A stretch of 62,683 bases of DNA, counting the filler, from Diploschistes diacapsis (taxonomy: Eukaryota): assembly GCA_023645945.1 (NCBI GenBank). It is 6 parts of 6 records of this genome, joined end to end, with 100 filler letters (N's around TTAATTAATTAA, not from the genome) between each part and the next. Parts side by side here need not be neighbours in the genome. Positions count along the whole stretch, not along the records: positions 1 to 25,508 come from JALAIB010000207.1; 5 more parts are not named here. One strand, written 5' to 3'. The translations under genes and the position numbers were made by a program. Below the pieces are notes generated by a model that worked only from the letters and a program-made list of their open reading frames with translations, did no database searches and was not told the origin of the DNA. This document shows positions 1-13,635 of the stretch, piece by piece; within the stretch, counting starts at the first letter, position 1; every line of letters begins with the position of its first letter.

Positions 1-555
1 GTGGGGCAGGGATGTGTCAGTCCGCGGTCGCCGCGATATGGAAGTGGAGATGGTGGTAGCAATGGCCACGGCATTCGATCTGGGCAATGGAACGAGAATG
101 GCCACGGAAATGGTGGTGGAAACAGCAATGGATGGGTTTCGAGGAAGGGCAGTGCGGAAGAAGACCCGCCCGCGTTCGCGGGGGTCTTGTCGCCATTATC
201 GCCGGCTTTGGCGCAGGAGCGGCACGTGTCGATGTGGCAACAACCGGGGCTGATGCTGCTGTCGCGGGATCGAGACAAGTATGGGCGATGCGGTGCTTTG
301 GGGGCTGGAGGAGGAAGGAAAGCGTCAATGGGGGGATTGGGGGACGTACCTCGAATTCCCGAGCTTGGATCGAGCATATGGGGGCGCAGTCAACATTCGA
401 CACCTCGTGGATTCGGCATGCTCGCACAACCCGATATAATTCTTGCATCAAACACGCGCAGCGGGTACGGGGCACTGGGTAGAGGAAGTTGGAAGATGAT
501 GGATAGCGTGAACGAAGTGACGGGCATGCACAAAATAGCAATTAGGAAAGCATAG
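1..555 (+). CDS. 3' end of a hypothetical protein, truncated by the contig start
   Basis: Frame is open from base 1 to TAG at 553-555; Gly/Ser/Asn-rich; converges on the kinase gene; no family recognised. Confidence 0.45.
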   Translation: MGQGCVSPRSPRYGSGDGGSNGHGIRSGQWNENGHGNGGGNSNGWVSRKGSAEEDPPAFAGVLSPLSPALAQERHVSMWQQPGLMLLSRDRDKYGRCGALGAGGGRKASMGGLGDVPRIPELGSSIWGRSQHSTPRGFGMLAQPDIILASNTRSGYGALGRGSWKMMDSVNEVTGMHKIAIRKA

Positions 556-691
556 GAAATGATTATTAGAGTAGTGGACCCAGTACCATCTACATAGTAC
601 GACAACAAGTCAACAATAACAGAGAGCCTGCCAGGGGTATCAGTTGTTCGTACAGCGTAACGCGTGTTCGTCATATCGTTCATAAGCTTTT

Positions 692-2771
692 TCAATAGAC
701 CCCCCAGTAGTTGACGGTTGGGAAACAAAGGGCCTCTATCCTCAGCGCTGCAGCTAAGAGAACAAAATGCAAGGCAAGTAGGATGGCCGAGACAAGGAAG
801 CCGAAGTCGAGAAGAACAAGATCCACTGTAGCCAAGGCGAGTAGAAAAAGGCCAGTGGCAGGTTGGGCGGCTGCGGGTAGGCAGAACAGATAGATTGAAA
901 CAAGCTTTGCCAAAAATGTTGCAGTCTTGATAGTCCTTAACACTTGACTGTACTCGACGTGCATCCGGTCAAAGAGGGATACTGGTGCGGGAGAAGGAGG
1001 GAGCAACTTGACTGGAGACGAATGACGAGATCGGAGGACTAGGCTGCCACCTGGAGTGACAGCCCTGTCCTCTTCATCTTTGTCGGAATCTGAGGAAACC
1101 TCCGACCTAGTCGTGGAAAAGTTGAGCCCGCTGGGTGTATTCTGCCTTCCCTGTCTTTGCAAAGTTCTGGAACGAATTGGGGCAGGAGTGGTCGACACAG
1201 GCGTATCGACGGGAGAAATGCGCGCGCTGTTCTGTACGTCCTCATATACCTGGCTGCTGTGACCAGTATGGCGCGCACGTCCATCCGGCAATTCTTCCAA
1301 ACCTGCTCCAGTTTTGATACCGTGTAAGATATCTTCTGCGCTTGGTCTGTGCGACGCATCTAGCGAAAGGAGCCGTCGAAGGAATTTGTATAGGCGGTCA
1401 GGTAGATCAGGACGCATATTGGGTTGATCTTCGAGCCCGGCCCAAGCAACAATTTCTGCGCGCAACAAATCAACATCCTCGTTCTCTTCGTTCAAATCGT
1501 CAGCATTCCGGTAAGGTAACTTTGCGAAGCAGAGAAAGTACAAAATCATGCCAAGAGAGAAGATGTCCGATTTGGTGGTAAAGTTACCTAGCTTTCCCGT
1601 AGCTGGGTCCCTTTTAAGAACTTCAGGAGCACAATACGATATTGTCCCAGTCGCCCCAGTGCTTTGGCGCACTTGATTCTCGCTCTGCACTTCGCCAAAG
1701 TCACTTACAAGCGCTCTAAGCCCCTTTCCCGTATCATGCAAGAGGCAGTTGTTGGGCTTGAGATCACGATGGATGTAGTTATTGGCATGCAAGTGGTTTA
1801 AACCGGAGGCAATGTCCTTAAAGAAAGCATAGATTTCTTCAAAATGCAATTTTCGAGGGCCAGCGAGTCTAACTGGCTGTTCAGACTCGTTTTTTGAGCG
1901 CCTTCTCATTCTTTGCTTAAGTTCCTCCTTGGTGACGGAAGTCTGTGCACCTTTGAGAATGTACTGTTGGAGATCCCCTGCATCGCAGAATTGCTGTAGA
2001 ACGAAAGCACAGGGCACCGGGGGTCCAAACGTCGTGATCTGGATCTCTTCGAGCCAAACATGTCTGTAGCTGACAAGGTTCTGGTGTGACAAATGTTGTA
2101 GGAGCTGAACTTCAACGAGTACCTTCTCCAGCCACCCGTGATCATCACCGACGGGAATCCTCTTCAAAGCAAAGTGGCCAAGAGAAACTCCATCTAGGAC
2201 ATGTTTGACAAGTAGTACCACGCCTTTCCCCCCTCTTCCCAGTTCCCTCTCCTCAATGAAGAAATTTTTGAAGTAGTTCGGACTAAAGGCCGCCGAGGAG
2301 ATTCCATGAGGTGCAGACGGAGCTGGAGAACTTCCCACAAATTCGGCACCAGGCAGTGTCCTCGTAGCTAGCGGAGAAGTTCCGCCTAAGGCTTGTGTAA
2401 TCCTTCTATGCGGTGATGGTGGCCTTGACGATTCTTCAGATCCGGGCAAGCTGTGTTGCAGCATTCGAAAGTACTCCGGGCTGCCGAAGCTGGCTGCCGC
2501 AGTGACAGGTAAAGCATTGTGTCTATCGTCAGAAGCTTCCCCATCTCTATCCCGGAGTGGCCTGTGGCAATAGGGACATTCAGTCAGGTCCAGTTCGCTG
2601 GAAGCAGCATTGCGAACGACCAGTTGCTTGGATGCTGGGTCAAACACCACGATTGAGTTTTTATGTCGGCTGATAACATAGTCAGTATGCTTCACGATCA
2701 AACGCTGCCATCTCTTACAGGATAATCTCACGATGTGAATGGTAGGGTATCAAAGCCTCACTCTCCGCCAT
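692..2771 (-). CDS. IKS1: IKS1-type Ser/Thr protein kinase with hydrophobic C-terminal helices
   Basis: Kinase motifs LGRGGKGVV, FALKRIP, IHRDLKPNNCLL, DFGE, YCAPE, SDIFSLG; N-terminal CPYC; ATG at 2771 (MAESEALIPYHSHREIIL) and a 49-nt GT-AG intron at 2670-2718. Confidence 0.88.
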
Positions 2772-3373
2772 AGTAGTCAGTCGGGTGCGTGCACGTGATG
2801 CGGCAGGAAGATGAGATGGACCGAGCTTAACATTGTGCAAAATGTAAACACAAAACGAAGAGCTACTCGAATGTAACAGAGTTCAACAATTCATTGGACT
2901 TACAATGACAGATTTCAAGTTATCATTGTACTAACCTCCAATTTTCGTGGCAGATGGGGTGCACAGGCGGTTCAGTAAGAATGCCCCAGTTAGGGTGACA
3001 CCTTGTCTCGCCCGGGGCATACAAAGCTAATATATTCCTATATCCGAAGCATTCTTTCTAGTTAAAACTCGCTTCGAAACCGCATGCTCTATGTTACTTA
3101 TTACCCGAAGTTCTCTTCTCTTCCTCCGAGTTCAGCTTTCCTTCGAACTTGTTGTATGCAATAGACATGGTGTCGATACTCGCGTACCATCACCAATCTT
3201 GAGTCCAATTCCAAGGATTCAAGACTAGGCCACTAGACACTCTCCCTGTAGGAGCGACGAAGAGCACTACCGGCTGTGGGAATGGAGAGTTCTAGCTTCG
3301 TTGCATCTGAAGATGTTGCAATTTCCCTACGAGAAAGAGCCTGGTAATAGGGAGCCGCGTGGACCAAGACAAA

Positions 3374-5242
3374 ATGTCTGATTTGGATGTCTACACAAAC
3401 ATCCTGATCGTCGGGGCTGGGACGACAGGGCTCATGGCAGCTGCGCTATTCGCCCGCTATGGCATTGCGTTTCGCATTATCGAGAAGCGAGCAAACCAGA
3501 TTCGAATGAGTCGGTCTCATAGTACGCCTCTAACAGTATTCGTATATGCGCGGTAGCTTATCCCGGTAGACCTTCACTCTCGAAGCATGGAGATGCTGCA
3601 TTCAATGGGCTTGTACCAAAGCCTAGAGGCAAAGGGAGCGAAGGTGCGGGAATACACCTTCTGGGGTCCAGACGATAGCGGCCGTTTGCGGCGAACGAAC
3701 ATTGGACCAGATGTAATCAATCAAACGCCCTTTCCCTGGACCCTGTCTGTGGAAGAAGGCGACCTTGGAGACGTCTTGATTCAGGACCTGGGTTGTCGAG
3801 GCTGTAAGGTAGATTACTCGATGGAACTTTTGAATTTCTACCGAAGAGATGACCCGGAATGGCCGATTCTTGCCTTTGTAAAGAATCATACGAGCAATGT
3901 GATTGAAACTTGGCACGCCCAGTTCGTTCTCGGTTGTGATGGACCAAGAAGCAAAGTGCGCGAGATAGCCGGCATACAACTAGACCGATATGGGGATTTG
4001 GACTTCTGGGCGATGGCGAAAGTCACGGTCAACTCCGACTTTCCCGATATACGACGGAGATGCACCATCAGATCAAGTCATGGGAATTGCCTCTTGACAC
4101 CATGTAAAAATGGCTCGACTCGATTCGTGATACGAGTTCCGGCCGAAAGGATGAGCAGTGCGGAAAAGGGAAGCCCAGCTGACGCCCAAATCGTTGATTT
4201 CAAGTTACACCAGCTTGCAGGCTCACATGGTGTAGTATTTACTCTTAACACAAGAATCAAGAATGTACTGATGCCTTTTATCTTCGATAGCATGGATGTA
4301 CAGTGGGTCGACGAATTTGCTTTGCAAAAGTCGCTTGCGAAGCGATTCTCAGATGAAGATGAGCGCGTGTTTTTGCTGGGCGATGCTTGCCACGTTCATA
4401 GCCTGATTTCCAAACAAATGCTCAATGGGGGTCTGGGAGACGCTATGAATCTCACGTGGAAACTTAGTCTGGTCCTGCAAGGCTTTGGCCCTAGATCTTT
4501 GTTAGCAACTTATGAAGCTGAAAGACGTTCAATGCTTCCGAAAGCGTTAGAACTCGATAGCCAGTTCGATCGCATCTTCGCTGTGGGGCCGGAGGATCCT
4601 GAGATCAACGTGGGTTACTATAGCTTTGAAGAAGCTTCCGGGTATACGAGCGGCTGTGGTCTGAGATATCCTCAGAGTAAGATTATTCGGGAAGAAGTGA
4701 GAACATTTATCAAAAGGGTGCCAGAAACCCTCACGCCAGGCAAACGCCTGCCTCCCATGAAGCTGATTAGACATATGGACGGTAACGAAGTGAGTTCGCT
4801 TGAGGCCATGCCACCAGATTGTAGTTTCACGATACTCGTCTTTATTGGAGAACTTTTGCAAGCTGCTATCTTACAGGGACTCGCGAACTTCCTAGCTTCA
4901 GCAGAATCCCCTCTCACATGTTTCAATTCCGTTACAGACCCTCATCAGTCTCGTGTGACTTTGATGCTCGTCCACACATCGTCTCATTTCGAAATTGCCA
5001 TACCAGAACTTCCTCGACCGTACAGTTCCTACCCTGAGAACATCTTCCAAGACACTGGAGGCAAAGCGCATATAGCTGTTGGTGTACCGCCACAGCTGGG
5101 GGCGCTCTGTTGCATTCGCCCTGACGGGTACATCGGTATGGTGTCCAACCTTGACGATGGAAACGGTGTGAAAGAATATTTGAGATCAGCTTTAGACAGC
5201 TTAATGGAAAATATACAAAATACAGCAATGGAAGTTCAATGA
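3374..5242 (+). CDS. FAD-dependent monooxygenase, phenol 2-monooxygenase-like
   Basis: IVGAGTTG Rossmann motif, GCDGPRSKVR, DFPDIR, FLLGDACH, YEAERR, C-terminal thioredoxin-like domain (IRPDGYIG); an intron at 3522-3569 joins the two ORFs. Confidence 0.88.
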
Positions 5243-5535
5243 AGCCAGCTTCGCAGTTCTAGGAAACTACCATAGCAGCTTAACGGACATAAGACATGCA
5301 TGTTAGGGATGTAGAAAGTGAAACGAATAGCCATGCCCATATGAAGTAGACATGGCTTCAGAGAGCTTTCTTCTTTTCAATCTTGGAAACTCAAAAGCTA
5401 AGGATGCCGAATGTGAGAAGCAGGTGGGAATAGACCACTTCTCCGATGCTCAATAGAGAACTCGGCATCAAGTTTCCGTGATAGTGGTCATGTTCGCAGG
5501 AGAAGGGGAGACAACTAGCAACCATTGGATTCATA

Positions 5536-7458
5536 CTAGCTTTCTAAGGAGCGACTCAGTCGAGCTGCTTTGAACCTACTCATTTTTCGCTTGCCCTCTT
5601 CATCTTCTAATTCCTCGTTATCGATAGTCATGAAACCGTCCTGTTTCTGGATCATGCGATTGCGGATCCGATTATACTCTGTGGTAATGTGTCGATCCAT
5701 CAAAACAGGATCCAGATCGTCTGGCTCCTTTGCTTTTGACTTGCCTTTAGCCATCGGTCGTTCTACCAAAGTTTCGGTATGCGTTTTCCCGGTAGGTCCC
5801 TCTAGAACAGTTCTTGGTTCGAGCGGCTCCTTTGGAATCGACTGAAATCTGTTAGTGGCTGCCTTTGTTGCTGGTACAAGACGATCGCCAAGGCCTGGAG
5901 CTGCGAGAGGTCCGTTAACGACGAAACCACCCTTTTCAGAAGGTGACTTAGTTAGTGGCCCCTGCTGACCAGCCCGGCTTGCTCTGTATCTCGAAACATT
6001 CTTGGGTGCCTGAGGGCTTGATGATGGCACATCGGAGCGACTTTGTCTCTCAAAGATATCCGCTGTGATAGGGCGCTCCGGGATTTCATCCGTGGATGAC
6101 TGAGTTACCATACCTGATGCCGGCTTTGGCGGTGGGTCTTGGATATCCAGATCGTCGGCAAAACGCACGCTTTTTTGAGCGCTCTTCTTTCGTATGTTCC
6201 CATTGCCAACTTCGATTTTGGCATTATTACCCTCCAACTGGGCCTTGGCAGACTCTGTAGGCTCAAGCCCTGCATTGACAATCGGCCGCACCTTTAACTT
6301 ACGCTGAAGTTCGAGCATCTTCGCCCGGTACTCATTATCAATTACGCGGGTAGTCGTCCGGCCAAATTGGTCCTCCTCAACTTCATCTTCATCTCCGTCG
6401 TCACATTCATCTTCATTGTAATCGTCAGAATTGGAGTCGTCATTGCTATCGTCATAATCCAATCCAGAATCATCGCCTTCATCATCAAGATTCATTTGTG
6501 CCACGACAGCGTTAACTTCCTCCATACCGTACTGAAGCATCTCGCGTCGTAGAGCTATATCCTCCGGGGATTCTTTTTCTAGGATTGTCGGTTCGGAGGT
6601 AGGGCTACCATCAGGTTTCGCTTCATCAACACTCTCCGGTGTAGCCTGCCGAAGAGCTATTTCAGCACGTTTTGTCTGATCGCTCCTCCCTTGTGTTTCG
6701 TTTGGTGCGTCGGCAAAAGAGACATTTTCCTTCTTCGATATGCTCGAAGAACCTGTCTCGTCAGTGTTGCTGTTCAGTGCCGCGCTATCAGACGTGCTCA
6801 GCTCGTCTAGCCCACTTCTGCGCAATGCATCGATTATCTGTGGCGCCGCATCACCGGGCTTAGATACAGAACTGGCTGGTTTACTGTCAGAAAATCCCCA
6901 CATGATGATGGGCTTTCATACAAATGACGTTTCCTTCTTCGTCCAGTTCCTCTGTGATCTCGGTCAAGGGTAAGCCACTCTCATCGCGATGATCGGCAAA
7001 GTTAGCCTGGTCCAATTTCCTCTGCTCAGCCTCAAGGTTCTTTGAGACAGCTTTGACGTTATCTTGGACATAATCAATCCGCCGGGAAAGTACCCCAAGC
7101 ACTTGCTTCGCTGACCGAGTCTGGCCTTTGTCTTTAAGCAAACCCTCAATCTCTCATAACCTTAGCTACAGCTCTTGTGCTCACTCCTCAAGGTCGTACC
7201 TTTCGTTGTCAAAAGCTCTCCTTCAACATCAGCGGCAGCCGTTTTCTGTATGAATACTTAGCTACGTCTCTCTTACGCGCAAGATAGGCACACAATATCT
7301 TGCTGAGTCGCACCTTGCTCTAACCCGGACAAGGCTTCTCGAAAGCCTTCATACTCGGCTTCCCAGGTTTGCCAGTGTCGTAGGAGACCACGAATCTTGA
7401 CGACATTGTCTTCAAGACGAGCGCGGATGAGTTCGAGATCTACAAGCTGCTCGTCCAT
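5536..7458 (-). CDS. URI/Bud27-like prefoldin-domain protein with DUF3835-type C-terminus (multi-exon)
   Basis: N-terminal LRHWQTWEAEYEGF and LSRRIDYVQDNV, GLPLTEITEELDEEGNV, acidic middle, KSVRFA, terminal MSRFKAAR; exons spread over ORFs 7273-7458, 6887-7141 and 5536-6903. Confidence 0.8.
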
Positions 7459-7847
7459 GGTAAAGGGCGATCTGAACGGTTTGAGGTGGAGGAAATAAGT
7501 GCTTTAGTGTTGAATCAAAAGCTAGATTATAATTGGGGAGAAATTGGCGCTCGTACACGTTTAGCGGCAGCCGCAATTTCAATCACTACCCAAATGTTAG
7601 TGTAGCAAGAACATTTTTGCCCCGTGACTGGGAAAGAAATTTTGATACGCTAAGCGCTGAATCGCGTGGGAGGTACCTATTGCCCGTTCCCGTATAGGCA
7701 CATTTATCATTGGCCCTTCTATACTATCCAACATCCTTTGGGAAATACATCACCAGCACCAGGCTGTACTCACAAATCATCATCATCATAAAAAGAGTAA
7801 CTGTGCGCCACCCCAAACCCTAGAAACCTTAGTACGCACTCCCCGCC

Positions 7848-9687
7848 TCAGCACAATAACCTGTACCACCTCTTCCACCTCGGCCACGTCGCCTGCTCTT
7901 TCCTTTCCTCTGCGAGCAGCTCCAACAAATTCAGCTCTCTCATACCTGTACCAAGATCCATCTCCTCAACTCTCATCACAGACGTCCTGAACCAGATCTT
8001 GTACCCAATAAACAGCAATAACACAATAGGCACCGCCATGAATGCCTGGAAGAAGGATGATACGTTTTCCATCCATGAGTTTAGCTGGTACCCAACCGGC
8101 GCAAAGCCTGTCCAAAACTGCGCGGCAAGGATCAGGACGTTGATAATAAAGCCGACCATCGATCCGACAACGCCAGGCTGGGAAGTAAAGGCCAATTCGT
8201 CGAGACTGTGGCCCTGATGGTGCCACGCTCTTCGGAACCGAATGTGCGCTAGGCAGATGGAGCCCCAGGTGAAGATGGAGGAGAGACCGGAGGTGGCCAC
8301 GAGCCAGCCGAATGCGGCTTCTTGCTGAGGGGTGGCGGAGAGATACGCTAACAGACCGATAGCTAGAGCGACCATGATCGCGACGAGCGGTCGGCCTTGA
8401 CGGTCGACATAGCTGAGGATCTTTGGGGCCTGGCGCTGCTCTGCAAGGGCGGCGAGCGTGCGCGAGGAGCCGTAGACGGCGGCGTTGCCGACGGACAAAA
8501 CGGCCAGCAGGATCACGGCGTTCATCACGGAATCGAGACCCGTGATGCCAGCGTTGACGATGGCGATAACGAAGGGAGAGGCATGTGAATTTTCATTGGG
8601 TTTGCCGCCGATTAAGCGGGGGTCGTTGTAAGGTACGAGAAAGCTGACGATGGTAAGGGAAACGACGTAGAAAATGCAAACGCGCCAGAAGACCTGCTTT
8701 ATGGCGGAAGGTAAGGTCTTTCGCGGGTTGGATGTCTCGGCTGCTGCCAGGCCGACGAGTTCAGTGCCGGCAAATGCAAATGCCGCGTTGACTAGGACGG
8801 AACAGAGACCGCGAAAACCATTGTTGAATGCACCAGGGCTGTGCCAATACAGTGCGCCAATATAGGATCCGCCCGGGCCACCTCCGATGTTCAAGATGAT
8901 GCCGAGAATAATGAAGCCTACAACAGCAACCACTTTTACTATACTCAGGACGAATTCTGCCTCGCCGTAACCTCTGACGCCGAAAAGGTTTATCGAGATG
9001 ATAAGTATGAGAAAAATGGTGACCCAAACAGGCTGTGGAATTCCAGTCTCCCAATAGTTCAGGATAATTGTAGCAGACACAGTTTCGAGCGGAAGAGCGA
9101 CTAGCCACTGCATGGCATAGTTCCACCCCATTGCAAACCCCCAAGCTGGATCGAGGAATCGAGTCGAGAATGCTGAAAAAGACCCTGCAACGGGGAACGA
9201 TACCGCCATTTCTCCCAGAGCATGCACTGTACAGTATAGATTCAGACCCACCAATACGAAGGCGATCACAACCGATGCAGGGCCTCCTACCGCTAGAGAG
9301 TTTCCGGAGCTGACAAATAGACCAGTGCCTAGCTTAATCAGAGATGTTGCATACATATGCTAGGTTGTCCTTGCCTATTGAACCACCAAATGCTATCATT
9401 TGCAGGTGTCTGCCTTTCAGTCTTCTCACCAGCGGCGATTCAGCTGTTGCTCTTGCCGCCTTTTGCGCATCGAATACCCTTCCATCGGCACCCCATGTGT
9501 CTCGTCTCGATATTGACCTCGCCGGATCACGCTTGAAAGAATTCAGAGTAGTCATCAGAAAGCTTTCAGGGTGTTCTTCGTTTTCTCCCCAAGGCGACAC
9601 GAATTCATGCGAGGCGAAGCTCATCGACGATAGGTCGTTCCATGTCTCGCCAGAGCCGCTTGGGCTTTTGTCTTGCTTATCGAGCAT
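7848..9687 (-). CDS. Amino acid permease (APC/YAT family, GAP1-like)
   Basis: RRLKGRHLQMIAFGGSIG/TGLFV, LGEMAVSFPVAGSF, GYGEAEF, FAFAGTELVGLAAAE, many hydrophobic segments; one short intron near 9330-9375. Confidence 0.93.
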
Positions 9688-9789
9688 TTTGATGTCTGGT
9701 AAATAGTCTTGTTGTTAGATTTGGGGGTCTCAACCGTTGTAGTGATCTTGTCAACAGATGTCGTGATACATGACCGCTCCTCCTCCGGT

Positions 9790-10095
9790 TTGATAATCAC
9801 GGGTCGATAATCACGGGTCGATGATCTTCAAGGCGTGCGATGGGCGTATATATATAGTGAGAGAATGGAATTTGTTGTAAGTTTTCTAAGCGGGCAAAGT
9901 TGATGTCCAGTATCACCGGAGGGTCCTAATCAAAGATGATAAGGCGGCGTTAGTGCTAGCGGTAAGAAGCGTCTGGTAATGGGGCTTGTCGCAGTATAGC
10001 CACAGTGAGTGATAAGTCGTGAGATGTCGTTAATGGCTATTCATTTGAGATGGGGTCTTCAAACTTTGAGAATGATAAAATGGAAAGATAAGATG
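9790..10095. promoter_or_regulatory. Cluster of GATA(A/AG) sites and a TATA-like tract upstream of the permease
   Basis: GATAATCACGGGTC twice at 9792-9819; GATAAG at ~9938, 10011 and 10088; GATAAA at ~10073; TATATATATA at ~9847. Confidence 0.5.
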
Positions 10096-11837
10096 GAGTT
10101 GGTGATGGCCCGATTGACAGGACTACCTAGCGCATAGACTCGACGGGGTATGTAACTCCCTACCGCCAAACGTGGCAAGGGAAGGCGGAACAACGATGTA
10201 CCACGGCCGAGGCTCGTTCAAGGTTTCATCTTTTCAGCCCTTTTCTACAACATCTTTCGAACCTCAACGGCCAATGGTGCACTGGACTCGAGGAAGGCAC
10301 CACTGGTCCGAAGCGTCTACTCGCGTTAATGAATAGGCGCATTAATACCTACTTTTATTCCTGGAATTCACTAGGGTATCACTCAGGGAAGGGCATTATG
10401 GCGCAAGAACGGTGTCGAGCAGAATGGAGAAATACTAGTAACGATATGACTGACGGAAATTCTAGGGATAATATTAGACTACATTGATTGTCCACGATTG
10501 CGGTTAGGAGAATACTTTGTTCAGCCGATAGCCATCGTGTGATACCGGCTGGCCTTGGGATACTCTCGAGTACCTTGGGAGCATTCGAAGTAGCCGCTGT
10601 TGCCGTGCTATCAAATCTTCCAATCTCGAGACAGCTCCTCGCCTTCTCGCTCCTTCTTCTCATGATCATTTCCCGAGTGTTATCTATTTCTCTAACACAG
10701 TCGGTACAATACCCTGGACTTGTAGTGTATTTTCGTGTGGGTCGGCATTCTTGCCTATCTCTGCAAGAAGTCACGGTCACGACCTGATGTGGCAGAACGT
10801 GGATTTGTGAATCAAAGTTTTGCACATGGTATTGTAACGTGTGAGAAGGAGAAGGAGCGGAGGACATGATTAGTCATGCAGAATGTATATAATCCGCTTA
10901 CAGACATCTCTTGCAGAGACATACAATCCTTCTTCTCAATCAAGACATAACTTACATAACGACGGGTTACTGATAATGTGCGGATTGGGCTGGACTGGAT
11001 GAAACCTCCCTTGTATTTGAGGAACCCAAAACAGTGGAGGGACATGCTGTCTCTTGATCAAAGAAAGACAAAGAAGGCCCGAACAATGCAGCATTGACTC
11101 CAGTAATGGCTTTTGAAGGATACTACCGAGAGCTATTTTTACTACGGCATCTCACATATTCTCTTTGTTGTATGAGCTTTTGGCCACGCTGTCGGTTACA
11201 GGGGCCAGCTGGATACTAGGTCTCTGTCCATCTGGAAGCCCTCATGCTCCCCAGCAGTACTTAGAATTTAAAGCGAACTTTTGCGTCTGCAGACTTCTTC
11301 GCAGCTCTTGGTGGGTGGATCTTGATTTTTCTATTGAGTTTGTGTGACACTCCTTTGGAAGAAAAGAAATACTCCTGCATACTCAAATTCCCGATCCTGC
11401 TACCCATGTGAGATATATTAGTTGATGCTATACTACTCGTTAGACCATTTTGTTCCTTGTCATAACATTTGCATTCTCGAAGATGGAATATGTGCTTTTC
11501 AGGGTGGCGTGTGGGATTAAAGTTCCTCTGAGACCATTATCTTGCTCCATCAACTTGGTGGAATGGAATTTCCAGATATACAGTAGGCAACCACCCTTGT
11601 TGTCGTAAGCTAGGTGAACAAGCCTAAGGCTTTGCAGATGCTCACTCCTTTACAATTGGTAACGCCAAGAACCTGGATATGGTTACCCGCTGCGAGGCTT
11701 CTTTGTCCCATCATCTTTCGAGCTTACATGTTCATCGCTCTTTGTCAGCGCAGAAGTTCCGCATGTGGCGTTTAGATCTTGAGCTGTGTATCCCGCCATA
11801 GTTTGTTAAGGTGTCTAGCTTGATTTGGACTTCCAGA

Positions 11838-12257
11838 ATGAACGCTTCTGTTGAGGATGAGGTAGAGGATCCGCAAATTGGAGAGAATGCGGACGCTAGT
11901 AGCCAGACATTCAACGAAGAATCTTCGGTGGGCACTTAGAGGTCCAGGGCGAGCTCTATCCCTACACTCTTCCGCCCGCCGTGGAGCTTTTAAGGCAATG
12001 CGCGCAATGGAGCATCTGACGGCGGTCCGGTAGCGACCATTGCTGAAGAGCCAGGACCAGCTAGAAAGCTAGAAGAGCGGAAGCATCAAAGACTAGGGAA
12101 GTTCCTAAGACTCAACCGCGACGCCGATGAGGGGGCATCAGCAACCCTACCTCACCCGCCCAAGGAGGCAGCTAACCAATTTGGAACGGAAATAGATCTA
12201 AACGACAAGCCCAAGCTCAACAGCTCAAGATGGAATTCTTGGAAAGGGTGGCATTAG
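11838..12257 (+). pseudogene. Coding-like remnant with two in-frame stops
   Basis: MNASVEDEVEDPQ...VGT*RSR...WSF*GNAR...SWKGWH* reads in one frame with internal TAG and TAA, each one C>T change from a Gln codon. Confidence 0.4.
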
Positions 12258-12718
12258 CGTCTATAGTAGCGCTTCTGTTGTTGGACAATTGGACAATTTG
12301 TTTCACTGCTCGAGATTCGCTCTGCTTCGACTCGTACTAATCTAATACCCTCTTTCATTCGAAATATTCGACATATTAAAATCCATGAGTTGTGGTTTTC
12401 TGATACATTTGGACAAATTATTTCAATACCGGAGGACTTTCATACATTCTGTCCTTGACTCTTCTTGTTGTTGTCATCATATTGCCACAAAGGCACACAT
12501 CAGTAGACAGACTCCTCCGCTTCCATTTCACAGTTCAAGCTCTTTGTGGTAAACTTCTATGTTTAGTTCCACCTATTCTCTCTTCTTGCCGCCTTTCTCT
12601 TTGTTACAGCAATCTCCAGTATTTTCAATCCCATACCGTTAAAGTTGGCCTTTGACTACCTTTCACTTGATTTATATCGTAAGCTCGCTGTGCTATTCCA
12701 TCTGTGGAAGATTCTAAC

Positions 12719-13635
12719 ATGAACGCCTATGCAGCAGCTCGATATCAGCAGCGAGCCCGGTCTGCGGAACGCCGTCAGCGGCTTGACGTTCCTGTGAGTA
12801 ATGTTTCCTCGAAAGATCTTTCATAGCCAGTGGCTGATCCAGATTATAGCCACGGCCCCCGCAAAGGAGTAGCAGCTGGGAGAAACGACCTTCGGAGCTT
12901 TGGAACAGATCGAAGCCTTCGCTGGCCGATTCGGCTGCTTTTGGAACTCAGGACTTTCTGCACGCGCGAGACCCTCATTCGATTATCAAAGGGTTGGGTC
13001 GTAAAGATACAAAGCGTGATGAAAAGACGCCAACATCCACAGTGCACGGAGCGAACGAAGCCATACAAACTCACACGATGTTGCTTCCGCCCAAATCCCA
13101 CCAACCTCGATTAGGTCAATTCCCTGGATGTAAAAGTGATGCTCTCAGGACTAAAGAAACTTGGAATCAAACAGGCTATGCATATCCGGTTCCCCCAACC
13201 TCGAGCACTTTGAGATCGCCAGCTACTAGACCAGGACCACGAGCCTTAGAGCCCGGGAATGCCGGTAATGTGGGCCTTCCAGGACAGGTTTCTGGACTAT
13301 CCGTGCCTGCTTCGATTATGTCTACTCGTACATCAAATACTTCATTTAGTGCCGCTTTGAGATCACCCGCGGCTCCACTAGGACTAAGAGCTTTACAACC
13401 TAGATGTGCCGCTGGCGTTGGCCTTCCAAGACAACCGAGAGCCTCAGAGCCTAGACCTCTTGTTAATGCCGGCCTTCCAACACAGGTTCCTACTCTGTCC
13501 GCGCCACCTTCGATCATGTCCACGTCTAAGTCGAGTATTTCATTCGACTCGCTCGATAAAGACCGCCAGGAGCATATGCAACCGCAGCTAAGAGCAGAGA
13601 AGTCAAGGGAGGCCGGATGCTGTGTCCAGATGTAA
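12719..13635 (+). CDS. Hypothetical Ser/Pro-rich protein with an internal duplication
   Basis: ATG at 12719; intron GTGAGT...TTATAG at ~12794-12848 splices into the frame of ORF 12994-13635; repeated LRSPA...RAL.P...GLP.QV..LS.P.SIMST units. Confidence 0.55.

Noticed and set aside
10379..11045. Possible small spliced Cys-containing gene on the minus strand
   Set aside because: Some splice-like signals exist, but I could not build a convincing model or recognise a domain
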